A stretch of DNA of 64,000 bases from Escherichia phage vB_EcoM-LTH02: sequence record PP430346. One strand, 5' to 3'. A program made the position numbers and the translations under genes. Of the stretch, positions 1-17,452 are shown one piece after another. A model generated the notes under the pieces. The model had not been told where the DNA came from. It worked only from the letters and a program-made list of their open reading frames with translations, and did not search any database. Every line of letters begins with the position of its first letter. Position 1 is the first letter of the stretch.

Positions 1-1262
1 GAAAAGTCAACTGGAGATTCGTACCTCCAAAGGGAAAAGAGCAAGACCCTAAAATGCTTGAAAGAGCAGACTTCTTTAATTCTTTAATGGATGACATGGA
101 GCATGATTGGGCAGATTTTATTAACTCTGTAATGTCATTCTGCACTTATGGGTTCTGTGTTAACGAAAAGGTTTATAAGAAACGTCAGGGTAAAAAAGGA
201 AAGTACCAGTCAAAATTTGATGATGGTCTAATTGGGTGGGCTAAATTACCAATCAGAAACCAATCAACACTTGATAAGTGGTATTTTGACGAAGACTTTA
301 GAAAAGTTACTGGTGTCAGACAAAATCTAAGAAATGTTTCACATATTGCTGGAGCAATTAATCTTGGAGAAAGACCACTAACAAGAAAACTCCCACGAGC
401 TAAATTCATGCTGTTTAAGTATGATGATGAGTATGGTAACCCAGAAGGTCGTTCACCATTACTTAACGCTTATGTACCGTGGAAGTATAAAGTACAGATT
501 GAAGAGTATGAAGCTGTTGGTGTTTCAAGAGACTTAGTAGGTATGCCAAAGATTGGTTTACCACCAGATTATCTGGATGAAAATGCAGAACCTGAAAAGA
601 AAGCTTTCGTACAATACTGCAAAACTGTTGTTAATGATATGATTGCTAACGATAGAGCAGGTTTAATCTGGCCTAGATATATCGACCCAGATACTAAAGA
701 GGATATTTTTGAGTTCTCATTAGTTTCTAGACAGGGTGCTAAAGCATATGACACAGGTTCTATTATTGACAGATATTCCAAGCAAATTATGATGGCATTT
801 ATGTCAGATGTTCTTGCTATGGGTCAGTCAAAATATGGTTCATTCTCTCTTGCAGATTCTAAGACAAGCCTATTAGCTATGTCAGTAGATATTCTGCTGA
901 AGCAAATTAAGAACGTAATTAACCGTGATTTAGTTGCACAGACTTATGCTCTTAATATGTGGGATGATGAAGAACATGTTCAAATCACATATGATGATAT
1001 CGAAACTCCAGACCTTGAAGCAATTGGTTCTTATATTCAGAAGACTGTTGCAGTAGGTGCTTTGGAAGTTGACAAAGAGCTATCTAACAAACTTAGAGAG
1101 CATATTGGTCTTCCTCCTGCTGATGAGTCTCAGCCAGTATCTGAAAAGCTTTCTCCAAATAGCCAAAGCCGTTCAGGAGATGGTTATAAGACCGCTGGAG
1201 AAGGTACTGCAAAGACACCTTCAGCGAAAGACCCAAGCACAGCAAATAAGGCAAATAAATAA
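1..1262 (+). CDS. Portal protein, 5' partial (frame open to window edge; first in-frame ATG at 54)
   Basis: No stop in this frame between nt 3 and 53, so the gene likely starts upstream of the window; large ORF immediately upstream of prohead protease and capsid genes. Assignment is positional. Confidence 0.5.
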   Translation, partial: KVNWRFVPPKGKEQDPKMLERADFFNSLMDDMEHDWADFINSVMSFCTYGFCVNEKVYKKRQGKKGKYQSKFDDGLIGWAKLPIRNQSTLDKWYFDEDFRKVTGVRQNLRNVSHIAGAINLGERPLTRKLPRAKFMLFKYDDEYGNPEGRSPLLNAYVPWKYKVQIEEYEAVGVSRDLVGMPKIGLPPDYLDENAEPEKKAFVQYCKTVVNDMIANDRAGLIWPRYIDPDTKEDIFEFSLVSRQGAKAYDTGSIIDRYSKQIMMAFMSDVLAMGQSKYGSFSLADSKTSLLAMSVDILLKQIKNVINRDLVAQTYALNMWDDEEHVQITYDDIETPDLEAIGSYIQKTVAVGALEVDKELSNKLREHIGLPPADESQPVSEKLSPNSQSRSGDGYKTAGEGTAKTPSAKDPSTANKANK

Positions 1263-1762
1263 TGGCTGAAGTTATCTCTATTTCAAATGCTACACGAGTG
1301 CATTCGTATAGAGGTGTCCTTATCATTACTGATAAACTATCTGTAGAGGCTGGCTCAAGGGTCAGCCTTTCAGGTTATGTTAGTGATGGTGGAGTCTCTG
1401 ACGTTTTCACTATTTGTAGGTTACTTGATGCACCAATGAGTGGAAAACCGTTTATTTCAGGAAATTGTAGTGAAATTGTTAAAATTCCATTTGACAGTTC
1501 ATGCCTTTTGGGTGTAAAGTTATATAACTGCGAGAATAAACGTATCAATGTTAATAGCATTGAAGCCGCTTTCATTACCCTCGACACTGCATTTCAATCT
1601 CCAATGGCAGTTAATAAAGAAACAAACAGACTTGAATACATTTTTTCACAAAATGATTACAAAGTACTTGTCAAAGGTAAAGTATATGATATGATTGTAA
1701 ATGTGGTAGATGAATCTGGTAACCATTCAACAGTCCTTAAACAAAAAGTAAGGTTTAATTAA
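1262..1762 (+). CDS. Hypothetical head-module protein
   Basis: ORF start overlaps portal stop (ATGG/TAATGG coupling); same strand and operon; no motif recognised. Confidence 0.35.
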   Translation: MAEVISISNATRVHSYRGVLIITDKLSVEAGSRVSLSGYVSDGGVSDVFTICRLLDAPMSGKPFISGNCSEIVKIPFDSSCLLGVKLYNCENKRINVNSIEAAFITLDTAFQSPMAVNKETNRLEYIFSQNDYKVLVKGKVYDMIVNVVDESGNHSTVLKQKVRFN

Positions 1763-2094
1763 TGGGAACATTAACTATTGATGGTAAGAATAAAATCCTC
1801 GCCACGCTAACCCCAACGACTATTATTTTACACAATGTAGACCCAACGGCAGACCCTACAGCAAATAAGGTTACTCAGCCAGTGGCTATTTATTTTTCTG
1901 AACCGGATAATGGCTTAATTGCCTCAGAAGACACAGTTAATATTACTGTTCCAGCTTCTGCAACGGTCTCACACTATAGCTTGTGGGATGCTAACGATAA
2001 ATGCGTGGCAACTGGTGCTCTTAGCAAACCTCAATTCTTTGCTGAAGAAGGTATCTATGTTATCTCTTCAGTCTCTGTAGATTTAAACAAATAG
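1762..2094 (+). CDS. Hypothetical protein
   Basis: Translationally coupled to the previous ORF (TAATG); no motif recognised. Confidence 0.35.
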   Translation: MGTLTIDGKNKILATLTPTTIILHNVDPTADPTANKVTQPVAIYFSEPDNGLIASEDTVNITVPASATVSHYSLWDANDKCVATGALSKPQFFAEEGIYVISSVSVDLNK

Positions 2095-2105
2095 GGTGAG
2101 TAAAA

Positions 2106-3452
2106 ATGAGTTCGAATATCTTCAGACTTGCTGATAGATTATTCAACCAACCTTTACTAGCCACTGAATCATTAGCTCACTCAGCAGCAACTTATGTGAA
2201 TAACAGATTGCTGGGTGATGTCCAAGCAGCAGTAAACTTTGATAAACCCAAAGGTGAAGCAAGAAGTCTTTTAAAAGTAAAAGATGACATTGCTATTATC
2301 CCTATTATGGGTGGTTTAACTCATCGTATGACATTCATTGATGCAATGTGTACAGGTGGTCTAAGCTCTTATGAAGGTTTACGTAGAGGCTTTGACGAAG
2401 CTTTAGCAGATGAGTCAATCAAGACTATTGTTCTGCATATTGATTCTGGTGGTGGTGAAGCTTCAGGTTGCTTTGAATTAGCACGTCACATTATGGCTTC
2501 AAGAGGCCAAAAGAAAATTATTGCTTATGTAGATGAGTTCGCTTGTTCCGCTGCATATGCTCTTGCATCTTCTGCTGAAGAAATTATTGCATCACCAGAT
2601 GCAGATGTTGGTTCTATTGGTGTAATCATGGTTCATCAGGAATTAACTAAGGCATTTGAAAAGAATGGCGTAACAATTAACGTCATCAAAGCTGGTGAGT
2701 TTAAAGGTATGGGTTCACCATTCCAAGCACTTTCAGAAGAAAGCAAAGAAAGACTTCAAAAGAGAATTAATGATACCTACGCAACCTTTACAGGTTTTGT
2801 AGCCGAATCTCGTAATCTCTCTGAAGAAGCTGTAAAGAATACTGAGGCGAATGTTTATTCTGCTCAGGAAGCTCTTGAACTTGGTTTAATTAACTCAATC
2901 ATGTCTCAAGATGATTTCTTAAATTACTTACAAGGTTCTGAAGAGGCTCCTGTAAGTTTAAACGTTAACAATTCAGGTGAAGAAATGACTGAACAAGAAA
3001 AGCAAGAACTAGAAGCTTTGCGTCTTCAGGTTGCTCAAATGAAAGCTAAAGAACAGGAAGCTGCTTTGTCAGATTTGACTAATAAGATTTCTGCTTCTGC
3101 TGAAGCTTTTGGATTTGATGCAAAAGAAGCTGCAACGACTATTTTAGGTGCTGGTCTTGATAACCCTCTGAGTGTTCTGTTTATGAATGCTATGGAAGGT
3201 GCTAACCAGAAACTTAATGAAACTATCGCATCCCATGCTTCTGCAATGGAAGAAAAAGAATCAGAGATTACCAAGCTGAAAGAAACTGCTGGTGCTGTTC
3301 TTGAACATTCCAACGCTATGGAAGAAATGGGTAATGACGGCGAAGCTGATTTGGTTGAAGAAGAAAAAGAACCAGCTAAGAATGCTTCCGAAGACACCGC
3401 TGAACAACGCAAACTGGCTCTCCAGAATGCTCTAAAATCTCTTATCAAATAA
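2106..3452 (+). CDS. Prohead protease (S49/ClpP-fold) with C-terminal scaffold-like domain
   Basis: Segments GGGEASGCFELARH and AYVDEFACSAAYALAS resemble the Ser-protease core of SppA/ClpP-type phage prohead proteases; C-terminal ~150 aa is E/A/K-rich and coiled-coil-like; sits between portal and capsid. Confidence 0.6.
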   Translation: MSSNIFRLADRLFNQPLLATESLAHSAATYVNNRLLGDVQAAVNFDKPKGEARSLLKVKDDIAIIPIMGGLTHRMTFIDAMCTGGLSSYEGLRRGFDEALADESIKTIVLHIDSGGGEASGCFELARHIMASRGQKKIIAYVDEFACSAAYALASSAEEIIASPDADVGSIGVIMVHQELTKAFEKNGVTINVIKAGEFKGMGSPFQALSEESKERLQKRINDTYATFTGFVAESRNLSEEAVKNTEANVYSAQEALELGLINSIMSQDDFLNYLQGSEEAPVSLNVNNSGEEMTEQEKQELEALRLQVAQMKAKEQEAALSDLTNKISASAEAFGFDAKEAATTILGAGLDNPLSVLFMNAMEGANQKLNETIASHASAMEEKESEITKLKETAGAVLEHSNAMEEMGNDGEADLVEEEKEPAKNASEDTAEQRKLALQNALKSLIK

Positions 3453-3463
3453 GGAACACAATA

Positions 3464-3841
3464 ATGGCATATCAAGGTTTTACTAAGTTAGGTAAAAGAG
3501 AACCTCTGAATGATATCATTCTTTGGGAACAGGTTACCCCAACAGGCCACTCTCGTAAAGAGTACACCCCAGTTGCTTCAACAGAATACCGTGTAGGTGA
3601 AGTTCTGAAAGCAGACGGTACTAAAGTTACAGCAGGACAAGAAGCTCAGGCTGATTCAGTATGTATCGTTAATTTCTACGCAGACCTGCAACTGTCTTAC
3701 CACGGTCAGTTGAAAGTTGTTGGTATCCACCGTGATGCAGAACTAAAAGACCTGCTAATTCTTGAATCAAGCGTTGATGCTGATGAAGTCAAGAAAGCTC
3801 TGGCTGCTAAAGGCATTGATTTCGTACCAACTGGCCTGTAA
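3464..3841 (+). CDS. Putative head decoration / minor head protein
   Basis: 125-aa ORF between protease/scaffold and major capsid gene, the position occupied by decoration proteins in lambda-like head modules. Confidence 0.35.
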   Translation: MAYQGFTKLGKREPLNDIILWEQVTPTGHSRKEYTPVASTEYRVGEVLKADGTKVTAGQEAQADSVCIVNFYADLQLSYHGQLKVVGIHRDAELKDLLILESSVDADEVKKALAAKGIDFVPTGL

Positions 3842-3874
3842 TAACAATAATAAGACATTCTGGAGAATTTTACA

Positions 3875-4981
3875 ATGTTGACTAATTCTGAAAAAAGCAG
3901 ATTTTTCCTTGCTGACCTGACTGGTGAAGTCCAGTCTATCCCAAATACTTATGGGTATATTTCCAACTTAGGTCTGTTCCGTTCAGCACCAATCACCCAA
4001 ACTACTTTCCTTATGGACTTGACTGATTGGGATGTTAGCTTGCTTGATGCGGTAGACCGTGATAGCCGTAAAGCAGAGACTAGCGCACCTGAGCGTGTTC
4101 GTCAAATCAGCTTCCCAATGATGTACTTCAAAGAAGTTGAAAGCATCACTCCTGATGAAATTCAGGGTGTACGTCAGCCAGGCACTGCAAACGAGCTTAC
4201 TACTGAAGCTGTAGTACGTGCTAAGAAGCTGATGAAGATTCGTACCAAGTTCGATATTACTCGTGAGTTCCTGTTTATGCAAGCTCTGAAGGGTAAAGTT
4301 GTCGATGCTCGTGGTACTCTGTACGCTGACCTGTACAAGCAGTTCGATGTTGAGAAGAAGACTGTTTACTTCGACCTTGACAACCCTAATGCGGATATCG
4401 ACGCTTCTATTGAAGAACTGCGTATGCACATGGAAGATGAAGCTAAGACTGGCACTGTAATCAACGGTGAAGAAATTCACGTAGTTGTTGACCGTGTGTT
4501 CTTCAGCAAGCTGACTAAACATCCTAAGATTCGTGATGCTTATCTTGCACAGCAGACTCCGCTGGCTTGGCAACAGATTACTGGTTCTCTGAGAACTGGT
4601 GGTACTGACGGCGTTCAGGCTCATATGAACACCTTCTACTACGGTGGTGTTAAGTTTGTCCAGTACAACGGTAAGTTCAAGGACAAGCGTGGTAAGGTTC
4701 ACACTCTGGTGAGCATTGATAGCGTAGCAGATACTGTTGGTGTTGGTCATGCTTTCCCTAACGTTTCTATGCTGGGTGAAGCAAACAACATCTTCGAAGT
4801 GGCATATGGTCCATGTCCTAAGATGGGTTATGCAAATACACTTGGTCAGGAACTGTACGTATTCGAATACGAAAAAGACCGTGACGAAGGTATTGACTTT
4901 GAAGCTCACTCTTACATGCTGCCATACTGTACTCGTCCTCAGTTGCTGGTAGATGTTCGCGCTGACGCCAAAGGTGGCTGA
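3875..4981 (+). CDS. Major capsid protein
   Basis: 368-aa ORF after protease/scaffold and decoration genes; good spacing to upstream AGGAGA-like RBS; size and position typical of HK97-fold capsid proteins. Confidence 0.65.
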   Translation: MLTNSEKSRFFLADLTGEVQSIPNTYGYISNLGLFRSAPITQTTFLMDLTDWDVSLLDAVDRDSRKAETSAPERVRQISFPMMYFKEVESITPDEIQGVRQPGTANELTTEAVVRAKKLMKIRTKFDITREFLFMQALKGKVVDARGTLYADLYKQFDVEKKTVYFDLDNPNADIDASIEELRMHMEDEAKTGTVINGEEIHVVVDRVFFSKLTKHPKIRDAYLAQQTPLAWQQITGSLRTGGTDGVQAHMNTFYYGGVKFVQYNGKFKDKRGKVHTLVSIDSVADTVGVGHAFPNVSMLGEANNIFEVAYGPCPKMGYANTLGQELYVFEYEKDRDEGIDFEAHSYMLPYCTRPQLLVDVRADAKGG

Positions 4982-5001
4982 TAAACTTAGGAGGGTTATG
5001 A

Positions 5002-5451
5002 ATGTGTTATACAGGCGACCCAGCCAATAACCCTCTTGATAGAGTAAGAATCCTCTGCACAGACACCAATAATGACGAAATTCTTATTGAGCAGTCTGTG
5101 CTAGAGTGGTTCTATCTAGAATCTGGAAAGGATGAAAAGAAAGCAGCCATCAAAGCTCTTAAATATTTACTCTTTCAAGTAGCCAAGATGGGAGATGAGA
5201 AGGTTGGTGGTGTTTATTTACGTAACTCTTCCAGATTCAAATCTCTGAAAGCTGTTTATGATGACCTTGTTAAAAGCTCTGTTTCAGGACTACCCTATGC
5301 AGGTGGTATTAATCAGTGTGATATTGACATGCGTCGTCAGAATCCTTGCTCTGTCAAGAAATACACAGAATATGGTGATGCTGCCAGATACGAAGGCAGA
5401 GATTACTGCAACCGTGTTAATGGCGTATTTATTATCGAGCGAGATGAATAA
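5002..5451 (+). CDS. Head completion / head-tail adaptor (putative)
   Basis: First ORF after the capsid gene, RBS AGGAGGG upstream; positional assignment only. Confidence 0.35.
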   Translation: MCYTGDPANNPLDRVRILCTDTNNDEILIEQSVLEWFYLESGKDEKKAAIKALKYLLFQVAKMGDEKVGGVYLRNSSRFKSLKAVYDDLVKSSVSGLPYAGGINQCDIDMRRQNPCSVKKYTEYGDAARYEGRDYCNRVNGVFIIERDE

Positions 5452-5933
5452 TGGTTAAAAGGGTTATTCACCCCGCTAGAGCAAAATTAGTCGGGGCTAT
5501 GAAGAACTTGCAAACGGCTAATGCTCAAGTTGGGTATTTTCAAGAACAAGGTCAACATAGCTCTGGTTTTTCTTATCCTGCTTTAATGTATTTACAAGAA
5601 GTTATTGGGGTTCCTTCAGCTTCTGGTAAAGTATATCGTAGGTTGTTTGAAATCACTATGATGCTAAACAAACAGGCCTTGTTAGAGCAGACTAAGAAGA
5701 ATCTATATAAGCAACTTAGCAGTCTCAACACAGACCCTTCAAATACCTTAGAAGCATTTGCAAAGAATGCTCAAAAGGCAATTAAAAGAGGTTTTGGTAA
5801 TTCTGCTATCCTCCCTCCTAACGCACCTTCCACAGTCAAGAAAAAAGGCTTTAATGCACCTCTTGTTGAGACAGGTGACTTAAGAGATAACCTTGCTTAT
5901 AAAATTTCTACTAAGAAGGGTATTAAAAAATGA
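5451..5933 (+). CDS. Head-tail joining protein (putative)
   Basis: Translationally coupled ORF in the neck region. Confidence 0.3.
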   Translation: MVKRVIHPARAKLVGAMKNLQTANAQVGYFQEQGQHSSGFSYPALMYLQEVIGVPSASGKVYRRLFEITMMLNKQALLEQTKKNLYKQLSSLNTDPSNTLEAFAKNAQKAIKRGFGNSAILPPNAPSTVKKKGFNAPLVETGDLRDNLAYKISTKKGIKK

Positions 5934-6331
5934 GACTCTTAAACAGACACAGCTTTGTAGTAAAGCGTAAAGTCTCTGAAGACGGTTATTATAATGATGA
6001 TGGTGATTGGGTAGCTTCACAAGATATTGTAGAGGTTAACTGTAAAGGTAATATCCAGCCATACATCAAAGGTTCTGTAAAGAATGGTACACAGATTGCT
6101 TTACCGGAAGGTGTTAGGCTTACCGATACAAGAATCCTGTATACCACATATAAACTTAGAACTTCAGATGATGTAGAGTGGAATGAGTCTGACATTGTTA
6201 TGATTGATGGTCATGAGTATGAAGTATTTATGACTATGGATTGGTCACAGCAATTAGCCCATACGTCCCATTATGAATATATCATTATTAGAAGGGATAA
6301 AATGAATGCAGTTAGAAACAGCAGAACTTGA
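5930..6331 (+). CDS. Neck / tail completion protein (putative)
   Basis: Overlapping start/stop (ATGA) with the previous ORF; positional. Confidence 0.3.
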   Translation: MRLLNRHSFVVKRKVSEDGYYNDDGDWVASQDIVEVNCKGNIQPYIKGSVKNGTQIALPEGVRLTDTRILYTTYKLRTSDDVEWNESDIVMIDGHEYEVFMTMDWSQQLAHTSHYEYIIIRRDKMNAVRNSRT

Positions 6332-6905
6332 AAAAGGTCTAGTTAGAACCTTAGTGGATGTTATTGGTCACAGACTAGCTCGTGATAAGAATAATAGACC
6401 AAATGTAATTAGAGCTTACCCTTCTGATAACTCAAATGACAAAGGTTTAAAACCTGACCAGCCATTTATTACCGTATATTGTCAAGATGCTGCAACACCT
6501 TATGGTTGGGTTCTTGATAAGTTTGTTGAGGATGATGTAGTTTGCTACAGAATTGCTTTTCAGATTCCAGTATTAATTACGGTAAATGGTAAAGGTGCTC
6601 ACAGCATTATGCTTGAGCTTAAACAACGATTAGAGATGAGTTCAGTCAGAGATTTAATTCTTGAAGAGACAGGAGCTACAGTTCTAGATACTGGAGCTAT
6701 CCCAAATGACTATACTTATCTTAATACAGATTTCGAAAATTCTGCACCTCTTGTTGTAACTCTTGTAAAAAATTCAGTCCTGAAAGATGAACGTGGAAGT
6801 ATTATTGAACGTGTCATCGTTGATGGTGAATTAGTTTACGAAGAAGGACAAGAGCCACCAGAATATACTATCCATCTAGATGTAGACTCCAAAGGGGTAA
6901 AATAA
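6306..6905 (+). CDS. Tail completion / sheath terminator (putative)
   Basis: ORF immediately upstream of the putative sheath gene; positional. Confidence 0.3.
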   Translation: MQLETAELEKGLVRTLVDVIGHRLARDKNNRPNVIRAYPSDNSNDKGLKPDQPFITVYCQDAATPYGWVLDKFVEDDVVCYRIAFQIPVLITVNGKGAHSIMLELKQRLEMSSVRDLILEETGATVLDTGAIPNDYTYLNTDFENSAPLVVTLVKNSVLKDERGSIIERVIVDGELVYEEGQEPPEYTIHLDVDSKGVK

Positions 6906-8258
6906 ATGTGGAATCCAATTGTTAATGTAGATATTACATTGAACACCGCAGGAACTACAAGAGAAGGTTTTGGGCTACCACTATTTTTAGCTTCAACAGA
7001 TAACTTTGAAGAAAGAGTCCGTGGTTACACTTCCTTAACTGAAGTTGCTGAAGATTTCGATGAGAATACTGCTGCATATAAGGCTGCTAAACAACTTTGG
7101 AGTCAAACTCCTAAAGTAACTCAGCTTTATATTGGTAGACGTGCTATGCAGTACACTGTATCAATTCCTGATGCCGTTACCGAAAGTACAGACTACTCAA
7201 TTACTGTAGCTGCTGGCGGTGGAATTTCTCAACCATATCAGTATACAGCAATAGAGTCAGATACTGCTGAAAAAGTATTGCAACAGTTTAAGACACAGAT
7301 TGAAGCTGACCCAACAATCAAAGATAAGGTTTCTGTGAACGTAACTGGTAGTGGTGCTTCTGCCACAATGATTATTACCAAAGCTGGTGATAATGACTTT
7401 GTGAAAGTAACAACCACAGCACAGACTGTATATATTGCAAGCACAACTGCTGATACAGCATCAACTGCTCTGGCAGCTATTGAAGCTTATTCAACTGACT
7501 GGTATTTCATTGCAGCAGAAGATAGAACTCAACAGTTTGTCTTAGCAATGGCTTCTGAGATTCAGGCTCGTAAGAAAATCTTCTTCACTGCTAACTCTGA
7601 TGTAGCAGCACTGCAAGGCACAGAATTAAACAGTGCAAATGATGTTCCAGCACAGCTTGCTAAGAACATGTACACCCGTACAGTTTGCTTGTGGCATCAC
7701 ACAGCAGCAGAAGACTATCCAGAGATGGCATACATTGCTTATGGTGCTCCATATGATGCAGGGTCAATTGCTTGGGGTAATGCTCAGTTGACTGGTGTAG
7801 CTGCTTCTCTACAGCCAGCTAATAAGAGACCTCTGACAAGTATTCAGAAGTCTGCTTTAGATGCACGTCACTGTAACTTTATTGACCTTGATGGTGGTGT
7901 TCCAGTGGTTCGTAGAGGGATTACTTCTGGTGGGGAATGGATTGACATCATCCGTGGTGTTGACTGGTTAGAATCAGACCTGAAAACTTCTCTGAGAGAC
8001 TTGCTAATTAACCAGAAGGGTGGTAAGATTACTTATGATGATACTGGTATTACTCGTATTCGTCAAGTCATTGAAACCTCTCTACAAAGAGCAGTCAACA
8101 GAAACTTCCTGTCATCTTACACAGTTAATGTTCCTAAAGCCTCTCAAGTTGCTTTGGCAGACAAGAAAGCTCGTATCCTGAAAGATGTTACCTTCGCAGG
8201 TATCTTAGCAGGTGCTATCTTGGATGTTGACTTGAAAGGTACAGTGGCTTACGAATAA
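6906..8258 (+). CDS. Tail sheath protein
   Basis: 450-aa ORF followed by a ~150-aa ORF, a chaperone pair and the tape measure gene: the canonical contractile-tail order sheath-tube-chaperones-TMP. Confidence 0.5.
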   Translation: MWNPIVNVDITLNTAGTTREGFGLPLFLASTDNFEERVRGYTSLTEVAEDFDENTAAYKAAKQLWSQTPKVTQLYIGRRAMQYTVSIPDAVTESTDYSITVAAGGGISQPYQYTAIESDTAEKVLQQFKTQIEADPTIKDKVSVNVTGSGASATMIITKAGDNDFVKVTTTAQTVYIASTTADTASTALAAIEAYSTDWYFIAAEDRTQQFVLAMASEIQARKKIFFTANSDVAALQGTELNSANDVPAQLAKNMYTRTVCLWHHTAAEDYPEMAYIAYGAPYDAGSIAWGNAQLTGVAASLQPANKRPLTSIQKSALDARHCNFIDLDGGVPVVRRGITSGGEWIDIIRGVDWLESDLKTSLRDLLINQKGGKITYDDTGITRIRQVIETSLQRAVNRNFLSSYTVNVPKASQVALADKKARILKDVTFAGILAGAILDVDLKGTVAYE

Positions 8259-8273
8259 TAGAGGTAAATTGGA

Positions 8274-8720
8274 ATGGCTATGTATCAGCAATATTCCCCT
8301 AAAGACGTTGTATGTAGCTGGAATGGTATTGCCATTGAAGGCTTTGCCCCAGACTCATTCTTACGTCTACAGAGAACATCACCGCTTATCACACCAGTTG
8401 TAGGTGCGGGTGGTCAGGTTGCTCTGACAAGAAATGCAGACAAGACAGGTACTATTGAGATTGAGCTAATGCAGACTTCTCTCTCTAATCAGATGCTTTC
8501 TGCAATTCAAGCTAAACAAGACAATATGGAACTTGAAGAAGATATCTCTTCTAACTTCGTAATCTACGACCCATCAGGCTCTGTTCTGGCAACTGGTATC
8601 AATGCTTGGTTGCAGGAACTACCACAGATTGAACTTGGTCGTGACCAGAACTCTAAAACTTGGATTTTTGGTTGTGAGAAGCTAGACTACACTTCTACAA
8701 TTCCAGCGTCAAGTGTTTAA
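8274..8720 (+). CDS. Tail tube protein
   Basis: 148-aa ORF directly after the sheath candidate, followed by a strong terminator; positional. Confidence 0.5.
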   Translation: MAMYQQYSPKDVVCSWNGIAIEGFAPDSFLRLQRTSPLITPVVGAGGQVALTRNADKTGTIEIELMQTSLSNQMLSAIQAKQDNMELEEDISSNFVIYDPSGSVLATGINAWLQELPQIELGRDQNSKTWIFGCEKLDYTSTIPASSV

Positions 8721-8732
8721 TAAATCCTATAA

Positions 8733-8766
8733 GGGGGAGACTTTAAAAGGTCTTCCCCTTTTTTGT
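8733..8766 (+). terminator. Rho-independent terminator after tail tube gene
   Basis: GC stem GGGGAGAC/GTCTTCCCC with loop TTTAAAAG followed by TTTTTTGTTTCTTTT. Confidence 0.55.
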
Positions 8767-8793
8767 TTCTTTTAAAAGTATTAAGGAATCACA

Positions 8794-9192
8794 ATGAAAA
8801 CAGAATCTAGAGTAATTAATGGTAAGAAAGTAAATATCGTTCTGCTTGGGGCAAGAGATGGTATTAAGATGTCTATGAAGTTGGGTAAAATTGTTGTTCC
8901 AACTTTTGCACAGATGCTATCAAGTCTGACTGATAAAGATAAGAAAGAAGCTCCAATGGTTCCATTTAAAGAACTTGTTGAAGCTTGTTTTGACAGAATT
9001 GAAGAAATTAACCTTGAAGAAATGGCTACCCTGTTATTTCAAGGGGCAACTGTTGATGACTTCCCACTTAATATTGATACATACTTCCAAGCAAACTATG
9101 GTGAATTTATTGATTACTTAGCATTTGCGCTGGAGGCAAATTTCGGAAGTTTTTTCGAAGCAAGCATTTTCAAAAGCCTAACTTCTCAGTAA
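8794..9192 (+). CDS. Tail assembly chaperone (frame-0 product, G-like)
   Basis: 132-aa ORF between tube and tape measure genes; contains slippery heptamer near its 3' end. Confidence 0.55.
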   Translation: MKTESRVINGKKVNIVLLGARDGIKMSMKLGKIVVPTFAQMLSSLTDKDKKEAPMVPFKELVEACFDRIEEINLEEMATLLFQGATVDDFPLNIDTYFQANYGEFIDYLAFALEANFGSFFEASIFKSLTSQ

Positions 9193-9433
9193 ACATGGGT
9201 AACACTCTACAGACACCACTGACTGATGCTGCTGTAGAGGCAACCTATGAAGAAGCAGACGAGATGAAATTTGTGCTTGCTATTTATGGTATGGAAGGGT
9301 GTAAAGAAACACTTGACCAACTCTTTGCTATGACATTCTCTGATTTATTATCATTGAGACAATTTCTTGAAATTCAGAGGTCGTATAAAGAGGAAATTGC
9401 TTACAACGAACTTAGAAGAGCAGGAAAAATGTA

Positions 9434-9434
<1 letters not shown>
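8794..9434 (+). CDS. Tail assembly chaperone -1 frameshift fusion product (GT-like), join 8794..9156 + 9156..9434
   Basis: After a -1 slip at T_TTT_TTC (9150-9156) the reading frame runs without stop into the downstream 79-aa ORF (9195-9434), which ends 1 nt before the tape measure start. Confidence 0.5.
9150..9156 (+). other. Programmed -1 ribosomal frameshift slippery site T_TTT_TTC
   Basis: Heptamer is in the X_XXY_YYZ register of the upstream ORF (codons TTT 9151-9153, TTC 9154-9156); -1 frame is open to 9434. Confidence 0.5.
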
Positions 9435-17450
<8,016 letters not shown>

Positions 17451-17452
17451 TA

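Noticed and set aside
3983-4909. Long antisense ORFs inside well-supported genes (e.g. 3983-4909 minus, 31376-31954 plus, 52946-53473 minus, 56873-57448 minus, 33523-33924 minus, 16554-16895 minus, 17982-18662 plus)
   Set aside because: They are embedded opposite or out of frame within larger genes with clear motifs and lack RBSs; typical of spurious ORFs in AT-rich DNA.
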